Below, one piece after another: positions 1-11,378 of a stretch of 64,000 bases of DNA. Position 1 is the stretch's first letter; each line of letters starts with the position of its first letter. The stretch is taken from assembly GCA_918797485.1 (NCBI GenBank), contig CAKKNE010000003.1, forward strand, positions 4,402,001 through 4,466,000. The letters are read 5' to 3'. The notes beneath the pieces were generated by a model. It did no database searches. It was not told where the DNA came from and saw nothing but the letters and a program-made list of their open reading frames with translations. Source of the DNA: Pelagomonas calceolata (lineage: Eukaryota). The position numbers and the translations under genes were made by a program.

Positions 1-515
1 ACCTCGCGGCGAAAAAAGGCGCGCGCTTCGTCGGGACGCCGCGGCGGCGCCAGCTCGGCGAACTTCGAGTAGATGAAGAGCGCCACGAACAGCCCGCAAA
101 CGCCGCCGCCGTACCAGGGCGCCGGCGCGCAGCACGTGAAGTAGAAGCCGTTGCGGTACAGCTCCGTGAGCAGCACGGGCGCGCACGCGCAGAACCCCAT
201 CGCGGAGAAGAGCGCGAGCCCGAAATTCCAGCACTGCGCGAAGGCGCGGAGCTCGACCCGCCGCCGCACGCGCCGCAGGAGCGGGATCATCAGCGCGTAG
301 GCGGCGACGGCGCCGAGCGGCAGGTGCCAGGCCCGCGCGCTGGCGCGGCTCCAGGCGAAGCCGTTGAAGAAGCGCACGCGCTCCAGCGAGTAGAAGTGCA
401 GCTCGTAGCCCCGCCACGGCGCCGTCCACGCGTCATACTCGGCGGGCAGCTCCGGCACGTGCGCCAGGTCGGCCGCGACCTCGCCCGCGGTCGGGAGCCA
501 CTCGCGCAGGGTCAT
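1..515 (-). CDS. ELO/GNS1-SUR4 fatty acid elongase, 5' part (continues off window; probable GC-donor intron starts at 50)
   Basis: Manual translation from ATG at 515: MTLREWLP...WNFGLALFSAMG...CGLFVALFIYSKFAEL. The 'WN..L..FS..G' and 'FIYSK..EL' motifs are typical of ELO elongases. Absent from the ORF track because it runs off the edge. Confidence 0.88.
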   Translation of the reverse strand, partial: MTLREWLPTAGEVAADLAHVPELPAEYDAWTAPWRGYELHFYSLERVRFFNGFAWSRASARAWHLPLGAVAAYALMIPLLRRVRRRVELRAFAQCWNFGLALFSAMGFCACAPVLLTELYRNGFYFTCCAPAPWYGGGVCGLFVALFIYSKFAELAPPRRPDEARAFFRRE

Positions 516-912
516 GGGGCGTCGAGTGCTGCACACGTCGTGCTTCCGCCGCGGCGGAGGATGCGTCCTCTTGCTCGCGCCGGTGCAATGCGCAGCGGTC
601 AAACGCGCCCACGCGACCCGCTCGGGCTCGGATGCCTAGTGTCTTACGGGCCGCTAGCCCGCAATTGGAACTCCCCTTCACGTGATGGCGCGGGACCACC
701 CGAGAGGGTAAAAGCGGGGCAGGGCTTGACCGGTTCGGCGCGCGCTCCCGGCGCGGTGCCCGACGGTGTCCGCGATTCGTTCACCCTGTCGGTTGCCCCG
801 TACCGTTACTGGTACGGGGCACACAGGCCCTAGTGAGTTTTGCGCCACTAGCATTTTAGCTGTTTTACGCCGCTCGTCAGAATCCTGTTCTTCGCCGCTT
901 GCCCTTTCCGCC

Positions 913-1496
913 TGCAATGGAAATACACGTCTAGTAGGATCCCAAGGTTCAACTGAGACGTATCCAAGCACAACCCGTACTTGTATTACCCGCCTAGGCT
1001 ACTTCCCATCCTAGGGTACTCCGATATCCCCTTAGTAGGGGGAAGTCGCCTCTCACTCCTAACTATTATCATCCTGAGTCACCTTTAATTGACGGACGTA
1101 ATTCCCAGGCTAACATTCACACTTCTTCGCTATCCCCCACTCGGATTCTTGGAGACAACTTAGGGGCAATTCAAACTGCTGCTAACCCTGTTTCCAGCGG
1201 GCGTTCCAAGCATATTGACATAAGGTATTTGAAGATGCGCGAATATCATGCCGCGATTTCATGATTATCGCAATCTGATCACGATCACGACAATGGGGGA
1301 GTGCAATGGAAATACACGTCTAGTAGGATCCCAAGGTTCAACTGAGACGTATCCAAGCACAACCCGTACTTGTATTACCCGCCTAGGCTACTTCCCATCC
1401 TAGGGTACTCCGATATCCCCTTAGTAGGGGGAAGTCGCCTCTCACTCCTAACTATTATCATCCTGAGTCACCTTTAATTGACGGACGTAATTCCCC
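913..1496 (+). mobile_element. TRIM-like, internally deleted Ty1/copia LTR retrotransposon
   Basis: Two identical 194-bp direct repeats (913-1106, 1302-1495) starting TG. A purine tract GGGGGAG lies just before the second repeat. The internal region 1136-1263 translates as PTRILGDNLGAIQTAANPVSSGRSKHIDIRYLKMREYH, a copia RNase H motif. Confidence 0.9.
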
Positions 1497-1794
1497 GTCA
1501 CAAACCCCATCAAACATGGGAGAAACTATTTCGTTAGACGACTACACTACGCTGCCGGGGAAGTCCGGAGCTACACACTCTATTTCCCTATGCATCGCAC
1601 CGCCCCCGTAAAACGTTTCTCTCGCTCCCCGCGTTCCGATGAGCACCCGGCCTACGTCAACACAGTAAAAATCAAAGGGGAAGTCGGCGCACAACTGAGC
1701 GGGCGCGTCCTCATGTCAACCCGTCGCCCCAACCCCCCGAGCGTGTACGTTCTTTCGAAATTGTTTGTATGCGCCCTTGTTGTTGTTGTGATGC

Positions 1795-3579
1795 CTAGAA
1801 CCTCAAGATCATAGCTCTTGTTGAGATGAGTAAATCTGCTAGTATCTTACCCACTTGATGAGTTCGATTCGCGGCATGCCGCAGTGCCACGCACTCGCTC
1901 GTTGCATTCGTCTCGCTCACGTCGAGCTCCAGAAAGCATCGGTATGGCAGCCTCGAGCCGATGATCTGCTCGACGTCGCCAAAATTCTCGATGGTTTCGG
2001 CCAGCGGGCGCGTGATGCGTTTGACGAGCGTCGATTTGACGCGCGAGCTCGGGTCGGCTCCCAGGAAATCGATCATGCTTGCGAACCCCCCAGTCATCAG
2101 GTCCTCGTATACGAATTCTCGCCAGCGCAGCTTGCTGTGGTTCAGCAACGCTCGCATTTGGGTGTCCGCGTCGACCATCTCTCTCATTTGCTTCAGTAAC
2201 GTCGGCGTCTCTATCGTCACTTCGACTCCGTGGGCCGCGCACGCCCTGTGGTCGCGGCAGTGATAGGCCTTCCCGATGTCGCCCGTCGCCTTCTGAATCT
2301 CACGTGTGCTCGTGTGCGACACCAGGTGCGACAGCTTGTTCCAGCGGGTGACGAGGATCGCGCCGACGCGCTCTGCGTGCCGCTCGAGCCAGCGCATCAC
2401 CTCAGACTCGACAAACGGCTTGTACGGGATACGAAGGCCGCACGCGCGGTAGCGCGTCTCGTTGCACTCCTCGGCGCTGGCGAAGAATCGCTCGATGTGT
2501 GGCACGCGGTGCTCCGCTGGCTTGAATGTCACAAACTCGCCGGCGATGTGGAGCTGAGCGTGCGAGTTGAGAGTCTCCGTGATCCACGTGCCGCCCGCGC
2601 GCTGGTTGATGATGAGAACGTACCGCCGGGGGATAAAAGATAATACACCAGCTCGCGGTGCGAGTAGTACTCTGGCGATGGGGTCGTGGAGGTCATAAAA
2701 AGCCACCCTCAAATTCCGACCCATTCGCGCGGGGGGGCGCGGCTTCTTCTTCGCGCAGGGGTTTGGCGGCTCGGGGAGCCCCCAGGCGCGGTAGCAGCTC
2801 CGCAGGCCCGCGGCCGGGTAGCCGGCGCGCCTTTCCAGGTCGCGGTCGACGCCGCGGCAGTAGAACTCGCGCGCGGGCCCACCGAGGCGCGCGTCGAGGT
2901 CGCACTCGCTCCGCGCGATGAGCGCGCCCGGGCGCACGGGCGCGAGGCGCTGCGCGCGCAGCGCGAGACCGGGCCCGACCTTGCGGCGGTCCACGCCCCT
3001 GGCGTCCTCGCGGAGCGGCAGGCAGAGCTCCGCGGCGAGCCGCCGGAGCGTCCCCGCCTGGTCGTACTGGACGTCCTCGTAGCGGAAGAAGGCCGTCCGC
3101 GGGCGGCCCGCGAGGCCCGCGAAGGCCTTGAGTTTGGCCGCCCGTAGAGCCAGCACGTCCGAGGCCGTCTCGACGCGCGTGGCCGCGGGGTCCACGGGCC
3201 ACTTGTTGTGGTTCGGCGAGCTGTAGGAGATCCAGGGCCCGTGCATGAGCCACGCGCCGATGCCCTGGCCGCGCGGCCGCGGGCTGTGGTGCGGCTTCCT
3301 GTGCATGGACGCGAGCCACGCGGAGACCTCGCGGAGGGAGACGGCGACCGCGACGTCGGCGTCCGGCTCCGGCGCGCGCGGTTCGGACGCGTTCGCGAGC
3401 CAGAAATGCTTCCAGCCCCACTGGAACCGGACGTCCACGCGGAAATTCTGCTCGACGAGGTGCTGCAGCAGGTTCGTGCCGCTGTGGCGCTCGCCGTAGA
3501 GCGTGAAGCGCGTCGCGTTGCGCGTGCACGGCGCGGTGGCGGCTGCGGCGGCGAGGAGGAGCAGCCAGCGCATCCTCAT
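1795..3579 (-). CDS. Secreted/Golgi protein with two sulfotransferase-like (P-loop) domains
   Basis: Signal peptide MRMRWLLLLAAAAA. Domain 1 has YGERHSGTNLL...WGWKH...FRYED. Domain 2 has INQRAGGTWI..LNSH...GE...FVYEDL (Stf0-like). Confidence 0.7.
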   Translation of the reverse strand: MRMRWLLLLAAAAATAPCTRNATRFTLYGERHSGTNLLQHLVEQNFRVDVRFQWGWKHFWLANASEPRAPEPDADVAVAVSLREVSAWLASMHRKPHHSPRPRGQGIGAWLMHGPWISYSSPNHNKWPVDPAATRVETASDVLALRAAKLKAFAGLAGRPRTAFFRYEDVQYDQAGTLRRLAAELCLPLREDARGVDRRKVGPGLALRAQRLAPVRPGALIARSECDLDARLGGPAREFYCRGVDRDLERRAGYPAAGLRSCYRAWGLPEPPNPCAKKKPRPPARMGRNLRVAFYDLHDPIARVLLAPRAGVLSFIPRRYVLIINQRAGGTWITETLNSHAQLHIAGEFVTFKPAEHRVPHIERFFASAEECNETRYRACGLRIPYKPFVESEVMRWLERHAERVGAILVTRWNKLSHLVSHTSTREIQKATGDIGKAYHCRDHRACAAHGVEVTIETPTLLKQMREMVDADTQMRALLNHSKLRWREFVYEDLMTGGFASMIDFLGADPSSRVKSTLVKRITRPLAETIENFGDVEQIIGSRLPYRCFLELDVSETNATSECVALRHAANRTHQVGKILADLLISTRAMILRF

Positions 3580-3790
3580 TTTCTAGGGCATCATCGTCGC
3601 ATGCGGCGCACACGAGGGCAGCCTGCCCGGGCAGTGCCACAACTATATGGTTTTTGGAACGGCGGCTGCGGTAGGCTTAATGGTCTTCACTAACTTCTCT
3701 TGCGTTAGAGGTCTCGTGCCGTTGGCCGGGTATCTAGCTTGACCGCACACATTGCGCTTCTTTTTCTTGCTCTAGAGTCTTGTGGTAAAA

Positions 3791-3915
3791 TAGCTATAGT
3801 CAATTCGGCCTAGAGGGGTGACGGGGGAGCTATCCCCCGCGAGCGTGTACGTAAGCTTGCTGCCGGTCGTAGAAGCGTGCGTCGTCGTCGCCGTGCCCGG
3901 GCGCGTTGGTGAAGT
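3791..3915. repeat. Left arm of a long inverted repeat (partner 6906-7048)
   Basis: 3816-3915 is the reverse complement of 6906-7005 (1 mismatch seen in 100 bp). 3791-3808 is the reverse complement of 7031-7048. Confidence 0.9.
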
Positions 3916-4740
3916 TTTTTTTTGGACTAATTGCTGCTCTAAATCGGGTTTCGTGGCGACACTCATCCGGACGGAGTTTCGTAGTCATATGCTGACCGAG
4001 GAGGCGCTCGTTGCCAACTGTCATGCTAAAAATACTAGGCAGTAGGAGCACGGTGCCCAGTGCTTAAAGCTTTGCACTGATTCCCTAGTCACGGTGAGGT
4101 GAAAACTACCCTCCTCACGGCGGCCCGCGGCTAGGCAGCCTGGCTCTAAGCAAAGCAATAATTAAACTCCCACTTATAAACTAACTAACCCCGCAGGTGC
4201 TTCTCAAGAGACGGCCGCGCCGCACGAAACAAGGCCTCACCAAGGTCCGAGGCCATTGCCTCCGGGAAAGAAATACAAGAGCGGCATAAATTGCCAATGC
4301 CCGGGGCACTCCCGCGCAAGGTCCCATCATGTCCTGTGCAATTAGACCCGAGGCGACACTGCTCGCGCATTTTCCAGCCCGGTTCCATGTTCTTGTAAAA
4401 AAAATTATGATTGTGTTCTGTGTGCAAAAATATTAATGGCATACTCGATTTGCTCTACACTGAGCAAGGACGCATTAGCTGCCCGAATTTATTTTTCCCA
4501 TATTGGCAGTCAGATGTTTTCATGACAAATGGTGATGCATTGTAGGCACCCGGCGACGACGCAAGCGCGGACGGCTTGCCCGAGGCCGGCGCTGCGGCGG
4601 ACGTCGCTCTCCCAAGATGGGACGCCGACGCGGGCGAGTGGATTCACCCGTCACTGGTGAAGGCGCCGTGTCGCAAGCCAGCGGGTTCGCGGTCACGACC
4701 GAGAACCTCCAGCAAACAGGCCGGGCCAAAGCTTCCGTTA

Positions 4741-5679
4741 CTATCCGATCTCAAGGCAAGGTGTAAGGCGCAAGGTCTCAAATAAAGCGGCTCGCGGCTG
4801 GACTTGCTCGCGCGGTTCACAAACCCATCGGAACAGGACTATGTACACAGCACACGTAGCGCCTGGTAGCGCGAGGAGGACGCCGCCCTCGTCAAGCTGG
4901 TCGAGCAGCACGGCACGAAGCGCTGGGCGTTAATTAGTCGAGAACTGAACACGCAGATTTCAGGGATACGAACGTGCAAACAATGTAGGAAAAGGTGGGT
5001 ATAGAAACTGGACCCTACGATAAAGAGCGACCCCTGGTCGCCGCAGGAGGAGCGCACGATTCGTGATGCGCAGCGGCAGCTGGGCAACAAGTGGGCGGAG
5101 ATCGCCAAATTACTACCGGGTCGAACGGACCTCGCCGTCAAGAACTACTGGTACGCGTCCGTCCGTAAAAATCAACGGCGGTTGAAGAAGAAGGAGAAGA
5201 AGAAGAAGAAGAAGAAGAAGAAGAAGAAGGACTGCCAGGACGGCCGGCCGCCGCCGGGAGCCTTGGTCCTTGGCGTGGGCGTGGGCGCACCACGGCCGCC
5301 GCCGTCGTGCCCCCCGCTGCCCGCGGACACGCCGCAGGGCCTCGCGGCGTGCTTCGCCGCCTTCTACCCGGGCAGCCCCGCCAAGGCCAAGTTCCAGCAG
5401 TTCGTGCTCAACAACACGCTCTGCCCGCGCCACGTGCTCAACATGCCCGTGGAGAAGTGCGAGTCCATGCTCCAGCAGCATGGCTTCGAGGGCGTCGTCG
5501 TCTTCACGTTCCAGAGCCGCCTGCGCGAGGCTTTTGCGCCACCGCCCACGGCCTACGTGCCGTCGCCCGCGCCCGTCGAGGAGCAGTTGCCTGCGCCCTA
5601 CGTGCCGCCCATCGTCGCCGCCGCGGCGCCGCCACCAAGTGCCGCACCCGGCCCGGCCGCAGCGCTGGGCCAACACTGA
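4741..5679 (+). pseudogene. SAP-domain + R2R3-Myb pseudogene
   Basis: One frame reads LSDLKARCKAQGLK*SGSRLDLLARF (SAP-like), then W*REEDAALVKLVEQHGTKRW...KQCRKRWV*KLDP...[37 protein letters not shown] (two Myb repeats). In-frame stops at 4783, 4867 and 5002. An (AAG)n poly-Lys tract lies at 5184-5229. Confidence 0.85.
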
Positions 5680-6079
5680 ATAAATACGTTGCGTTCATAA
5701 CGCCTCCTCGCCCTGCCAGCCTGAGAACGCATTGCCCACAGCGGCTCCCCCCCAACCCCTCGCAATACCCGCGCGGAAGCTGCCGGCGCGCTCGCGAGCG
5801 CTACGACGGGCCCTCCCACCGCGTGGCGCGCGCCCCGACGGCTGGCGGGACGGCTGGCACTACGCATCATGCCTGCAGTTTTGGAGCCGCGGCTCAGAGC
5901 CTGCCTGCTCTGTGTTCGTGTCCCCAGGGGAGGAACAAAAATCATTATATCGCGTCTGTCATTCAGACACGCTGGACTTCACACGCAGCTCGCTCTCCGG
6001 AACGGCTCGCCTTGTTTGATTGTGAACATCATCCGCAGCGCACACATCTGCGCATCACACGAAGCGACTAGCGTCGGGA

Positions 6080-6616
6080 ATGAGCTTCAAAGCCGATCAC
6101 CCGCTGGTGCGCCGCGCGGCGTTTCGAAGAACTTTTTTTGGGACTGCGCGTCGCTCCGGGAAGGCGACGCCGACGGGCGCCGCGGCCGCGAAACGACCGC
6201 GGCGCCCCCGGCGCGCGTCACCGAAAGCCTGCGGACGCGCGCGCGATGCGCGAGAGAGGCCGCGCCCGCGCCCGCGCCACCGCGCCGCCGCCGCGCAGGA
6301 CCGCCGCCGCTCCGAGAGCGACCGCATCCGCGCCAAGTACCCCGACCGCGTGCCCGTCATCTGCGAGCGGGCCGACCGGAGCGACGTGCCCGACATCGAC
6401 AAGAAGAAGTACCTCGTGCCCGCGGACCTAACGGTGGGCCAGTTCATCTACGTCATCCGTAAACGCATCAAGCTGCCGCCCGAGAAGGCCATCTTCATCT
6501 TCGTCGACAACGTCATCCCGCCGACGGCGTCGCTCATGTCGGCCGTCTACGAGGTCCAGAAGGACGAGGACGGCTTCCTCTACGTGACGTACTCGGGCGA
6601 GAACACGTTCGGCTAG
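6080..6616 (+). CDS. ATG8: Autophagy protein ATG8 (intron 6107-6298, GT-AG)
   Basis: Spliced product [32 protein letters not shown]...[16 protein letters not shown]...YSGENTFG, ending in the conjugation Gly. Confidence 0.96.
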   Translation: MSFKADHPLVRRAAFRRTFFGTARRSGKATPTGAAAAKRPRRPRRASPKACGRARDARERPRPRPRHRAAAAQDRRRSESDRIRAKYPDRVPVICERADRSDVPDIDKKKYLVPADLTVGQFIYVIRKRIKLPPEKAIFIFVDNVIPPTASLMSAVYEVQKDEDGFLYVTYSGENTFG

Positions 6617-6744
6617 CCGCCGCCCTGTGCTCCTCGCTCGTCCCGCTAAGTGTTCTCTCTCTCTTTCTCCCTTTAGAGGCTGCAAATTACCCGGCGACCT
6701 GTCGAGTATAGACAACGACTCCTCCGCTCCGAGAAATCCAGGGT

Positions 6745-7100
6745 AAACCCGAATTTACGTCGCAAAGGTACCTAGACGCTTCAGCGGCTCGGGAGGCGTG
6801 GTCTAAACGCGACAGACCCGAATTTACGTCGCAAAGGTACCTAGACGGCGCGCGAGTACGCCCGGATCAAGATCGACGGCCTCCGGCTCGTCGGCGGGAA
6901 CCCGGACTTCACCAACGCGCCCGGGCACGGCGACGACGACGCACGCTTCTACGACCGGCAGCAAGCTTACGTACACGCTCGCGTGGGATAGCTCCCCCGT
7001 CACCCTTCCTTGGGCGCGCCCCACCGAAACCCGAATTGACTATAGCTATTCCCACCTAGACGTTTCAGCGGCTCGGGAGGCGTGGTCTAAACGCGACAGC
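6745..7100. repeat. Complex repeat block, including the right arm of the inverted repeat and local duplications
   Basis: ACCCGAATTTACGTCGCAAAGGTACCTAGACG occurs twice (~6747, ~6817). CCTAGACG.TTCAGCGGCTCGGGAGGCGTGGTCTAAACGCGACAG occurs twice (~6771, ~7055). Sub-motifs recur at 49777-49856. Confidence 0.8.
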
Positions 7101-7886
7101 CCGGCGACCCGGAATTCTCCGGAGGTGAATTACCCGGCCCGGGTGAATAACGGGTGAGTGGGGTAATTCACCCGGGGAGCTTATAGAGGGGTCGCGTCGG
7201 CGGCGTTATACGATGGGCGCGGGCCTGGGCCAGTGTAGAAATCAAATTATTATATGAATAGGCCTGGGATATTTCTGCTTCGTCAGATTGAAGTTCAACG
7301 TAAAGTTCAACTAGAGGGAGGGGGGGTAAATTTAGCAAAACCCGTCACCTAGGTGTTCTATTTGTCCAAAGGCCGGGCCTAAAAGGGTAAAACTCAAGTA
7401 AAATATGGTTCCAGCAGACACCGAGCTTTATCTTTGGTGGCCTGGAAGGCTCAGGAGGCGGATATGGAGCATCGCGCGTTACCCTAGTTACGTGCCGGAG
7501 GGGGGGGTAACGCGCGCGCGCAGAATTTTTAGGAGGTGTCTGCCGGCCGAAACAATAATTAATTAATAATTAATATTTGTATGGGCCGGCCTATCCCTAT
7601 GTTTGATTTCTACACTGGCCTGGGCCGCGCCGGGCCACATGACTTGGTACTTGCCTTGGCGCACCTGTACGTATCCAAAAGCTCAACGGGCTGCTTGCGC
7701 CCATCCGCTCGCCCGGAGTGGTCTTTCGCTAAACTCACTAAACGGGTTTAGTCGAAAACCCGTCGGGTTATTGAGCGGGTTATTAACCCCGGATCCCCTC
7801 CGAGGGGTAATTATAGGTTAATAACGGGTAATTAACAGGTTAATGGCAACTAGCCACTTCGTGGGTCGTCCACGTGGGTCCTACGT

Positions 7887-8390
7887 GACGGGGGCGGACA
7901 CAACCCCCAAATTTGCCGTATCTCTATAACTAGACGTCTTGGCCGGTGGCAAATTGAGCCAGAGGGGCCTATATACCCCTCTGGGACGTGACCGAAACGG
8001 GTAAGCGAAACGATTAGGTTTGGAAATTTTAGTGGCCTGCGAAGGTCTCGCGAGTGGCGTTTCGTGCCGCATCAGGCGACCTATCTGGCAGCCCATCGGG
8101 TACCCGGCCGCGCCTACGTATCCGCCCCACGCCATAGGTACCCAAGCCCCCCTGGGAGACCAAATTACCAGCATAGAAGCGAGTTTTGATTTTTCAGTCC
8201 GGTCCCCGAAATACCCGCACGTTAGGCCCCAGATGGGCAACTTCGCGACCGCGTCTCGCCGCGAAAGTGACCCCTTCCCCCCAGCCCGGTCAGGGGGCGT
8301 ACAAAGGGACTCTTTGGGACCCCGCAACCAAAATCGCCCCCGGCTAAGTGGCTAGGAACTCGAGTCTCAAATTTGGGGTCCGCCCCCGTC
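7887..8390. mobile_element. MITE-like non-autonomous DNA element (504 bp)
   Basis: Perfect 13-bp TIR GACGGGGGCGGAC / GTCCGCCCCCGTC, extended imperfectly by CCCCAAATTTG / CAAATTTGGGG. Flanking direct repeat CTACGT at 7881-7886 and 8391-8396. Confidence 0.8.
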
Positions 8391-8431
8391 CTACGTGGGG
8401 GGTATGCTCGTCCAGGACCTCGGTACACAAC

Positions 8432-9436
8432 TTAACCATCGCCGCACCCGAGCACGAGAGCCTCGCCGGCGTCGCCTCCACCATCCCCTCCCCGCGGCGC
8501 GCACGCCGCCGGCGCGGCCCACCAGTTGCCGCGCGCCCCGCGGACGCCCAGCAGGTCGGCGCCCAGCCGCGCGAGGTGGGCCCGCGTCAGGTTGTGCATG
8601 TTTCGCTTGCCCTTGAGGCGCGACGACCGCGAGAGGTGGTTCAGCACGGCGTAGCGCCCCCCTTCGATCGTCGACCGCGACGGCTTCGAGAGCGTCGCCG
8701 GCGGCAGGGGCGCCACGACGCACGCGCCCTCGCGGATCGTCGCCGCCAGCAGCGGCTGGTCGCGGATCGACGACCGCTTCACCGCGCGGCCGTGCGCCGG
8801 GATGGCCGCAGCGACGCGGGCGCCCCACGCGCGCAGGCACCGCGCCGACCGCGTCCGGTGGGCGAAGAAGACGCCGCCGTGGTACGGCTCGCGCAGCAGC
8901 CGCGTCCTGTCGTGCGCGTCGGCCGTGACGGCGGCCTCGTCGTAGGCCGCGAGCGTCGTCGCGGGGTCCCGGAACGCGGCGAGCGCCGCGGCGACGAGCG
9001 GCCCGACTGGGGCCCCCGCGACGACGTCCACGTCGACGTACCACACGACGTCCTCGCGAACCACGTCCAGCAGCCGCATCTTCAGTTGCTTGTAGAGGAT
9101 CGACGCGCCCTGCTGGCAGCGCGGCTCGACGCGCACCGGCACCTGCGCGGGCGGTCGCGATGGCTTCGCGGCGCGTCGGCGACACTCCAAGCCGAAGAGA
9201 CCGCCCCGTTCCGCGCGGACCGCCGCCACGGTCGTCGTCGCCGGCGCGCACGCCGGCCGGTCCGTGAGCGCGTATATCGCGCCCGCGAAGGCGCCAGGCC
9301 CCCGAAGGCTCCGGACGCACATGCCGAACAGCGCTTCTCCCGCCAACCGGCCGCAGGCGACCACCGCAACGGCGACGCTGGGCTCCGGAGTTGCCGCCGC
9401 GGCCGCGCCCATGATGGCCGCCGCGAGGAGGCGCAT
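8432..9436 (-). CDS. Secreted nucleotide-diphospho-sugar transferase-like protein (GT-A fold)
   Basis: Signal peptide MRLLAAAIMGAAAA. Motifs K..LLD...VVWYVDVDVV (DxD), YHGGVF and RDQPLL. Confidence 0.6.
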   Translation of the reverse strand: MRLLAAAIMGAAAAATPEPSVAVAVVACGRLAGEALFGMCVRSLRGPGAFAGAIYALTDRPACAPATTTVAAVRAERGGLFGLECRRRAAKPSRPPAQVPVRVEPRCQQGASILYKQLKMRLLDVVREDVVWYVDVDVVAGAPVGPLVAAALAAFRDPATTLAAYDEAAVTADAHDRTRLLREPYHGGVFFAHRTRSARCLRAWGARVAAAIPAHGRAVKRSSIRDQPLLAATIREGACVVAPLPPATLSKPSRSTIEGGRYAVLNHLSRSSRLKGKRNMHNLTRAHLARLGADLLGVRGARGNWWAAPAACAPRGGDGGGDAGEALVLGCGDG

Positions 9437-10057
9437 CCGGCAGCACTCCGAGGCTGCCCCGGTCAAGCAGCGGTCGCTGCAAGGGGCGCGGCGGTGGCGT
9501 GATCAACTTAGCGCGACGACGACAGGTACAAATATTTAAAAATGCAAAGCTTGCCAGGAATCCTGGGCCCCCAGCGCCGTGGCATAGGCTGCTCTCAACA
9601 AGGTACTATAAGACTTAGTATAGTACCTCTTGCTCTCAACCCGCACGCGACCTAAGGAAGGCAAGTGGTACTAAATATATTAGTACCCCTTGAGGAAGGG
9701 ATGTCTTGTGTTTTTGATTTTATTTTTTTATTTGTGTCTTACCGAAGCGGGGGATAGCTCCCTGGATCCAACTGTACTTGACATCAAAAATCAGACTGCA
9801 GTTCCCAGTGGTGGTTTGCAAGGACCTCAACGCTGGAATTTTGGTGTCATTACAACAGCAACAGAAATGGGGCTTAGTACTCGACCTACCAAAAATGCAA
9901 GCTACCTTTAGTACAATCAGCTGAGGCTGTTGGTATCTCCGTGACACATTGACACCCGAGAGACCTAGCTACAACAGCTGCATTGTGCACTTGCTGCACC
10001 CAGCTCATTAGATTCAAGCACATACCAAGCTAATATCGCTGAATCCAGTGAATACTT

Positions 10058-10093
10058 ACGGTACGGTACCTACGGTACCGTACCTACGGTACC
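10058..10093. promoter_or_regulatory. GGTACC/TACGGTACC motif cluster upstream of GT2-like gene
   Basis: TACGGTACGGTACCTACGGTACCGTACCTACGGTACC ends about 8 bp before ATG 10102. The regulatory role is inferred from position only. Confidence 0.5.
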
Positions 10094-10101
10094 ATACACG
10101 T

Positions 10102-11378
10102 ATGATGCGCGCATGGAAGGCTGCCATGGCGCCGATGATGGCGGTGGTGGCGGTGGCGGCGGCGGGCCGCGCGACGCACGCTGCTCGGCGGCGGCGCGAC
10201 GGTCGACGCGGGCCGCACAAGCGGACGGCTGCCCGCGACGTTTCACCTCGGCCAGCGCGCGAGCGGCAGTCCAACAGCTGGGCATGTTCTGAGGTGACAC
10301 AGCCACCGCGCCGCCGCGCGCTGCTACGCGCCATCGTCTTCGAACGCGACGGAGCGCGGCAGCTGCGAGCCTGGGTAGCGCACATGGCACGCGCGCTTCG
10401 ATACGATGAGCTCGTGCTCATCGACCACAATGGCGCCGACGAGGAGACGATTCAGGTGCTCCGCGACGCTACCGTCAAGGGTGCGCATCGCTGGCGCTGC
10501 GACGGACCGTTTTTGTTCAAGGCGCCCCCGCGCGCGGAAAGCATAAATCCACGAGGTGTCTTCAATCGCGCGGTGGGCGTCGTCAGATTCCAGCTGTTCG
10601 TTCCGCGCAGGCGGCCATGTGGTCGCACGTTGCGCGCGCGTACAACGCCACTTCCGACTACATCTTCCCGCTCGACGTTGACGAGCTGCTCATGACGGTC
10701 TCGCACGGCGGCGTGCGCCGACAATTCTCGGACAGGACGGAGTTGAGCGCGGGCACGCGTGTCGAATGGTCGCGAACTACGCTGGTCGAGGCTCTCTCAC
10801 GTCTCGATCGCTCGGGCCGTCCGTTTAAGAGTTACCTCGCGTCGGCGATCCCCGTCGATTGCCCGGGCGCTGGCATCGCGGCGGATGCGCGATGCCCGCT
10901 ACGCTATGCGTCGAACTTTGTGCAGAACTGCTACAGCAAAGTCTTCGCGCGCGGTGCAGAATGGCGATTCACTGATACCGGCAATCATTACGGCGGCACA
11001 GTCGCCACGGGACCGCTCACGCACAGCGACTGCGGCGAGGGCCGGGGCGGCTTTGGGGATGACCGGATCTGGAAAACGTACGCTTCGTCTGACCTTGCGG
11101 TGCTCCACGTACAATTTGTCTCGATCCGTGGCTGGCTCGAGCACTACATTCGAGGGGCGACGACATACAACTACACGCGACGCGACGTCAACTGCGACAC
11201 CGTCGGGCGCGGCCGCCACTACTGCAAAGTCATTCGCGAAATCCGCGCCACGGGGCTCGACTGGAATCGCCTGGTGCTGGCGTACCATCGCTTTGGCTGC
11301 CCACGCCCCATCAGGCACCATGCACGCCTCCGCGTGCCGCTCGATGTAGTCCAGCAGAAGGCGTGCGTTGGCGCCTAG
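10102..11378 (+). CDS. Glycosyltransferase family 2-like protein (intron ~10522-10610, GC-AG)
   Basis: Motifs LRAWVAHM...LVLIDHNG and DYIFPLDVDELL...CYSKVF...DTGNH. The two ORFs join in frame via AAG|GC...CAG|GCG. Confidence 0.7.

Noticed and set aside
4741..5010. In-frame TAA/TAG in the Myb gene as stop-codon reassignment to Gln
   Set aside because: Conserved genes here end with TAG (ATG8, chlP, CCT6) and have no internal stops. Pseudogenisation is the simpler explanation.
6107..6298. ATG8 with a 64-aa Arg-rich insertion, as shown in the ORF track
   Set aside because: The segment is a stop-free 192-bp GT-AG intron. Removing it gives a canonical ATG8.
7100..7850. Short inverted motifs GGTGAATTACC/GGTAATTCACC and CGGGTTA/CGGGTAAT repeats
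   Set aside because: Suggestive of subterminal repeats of a decayed DNA transposon, but no boundaries could be defined.
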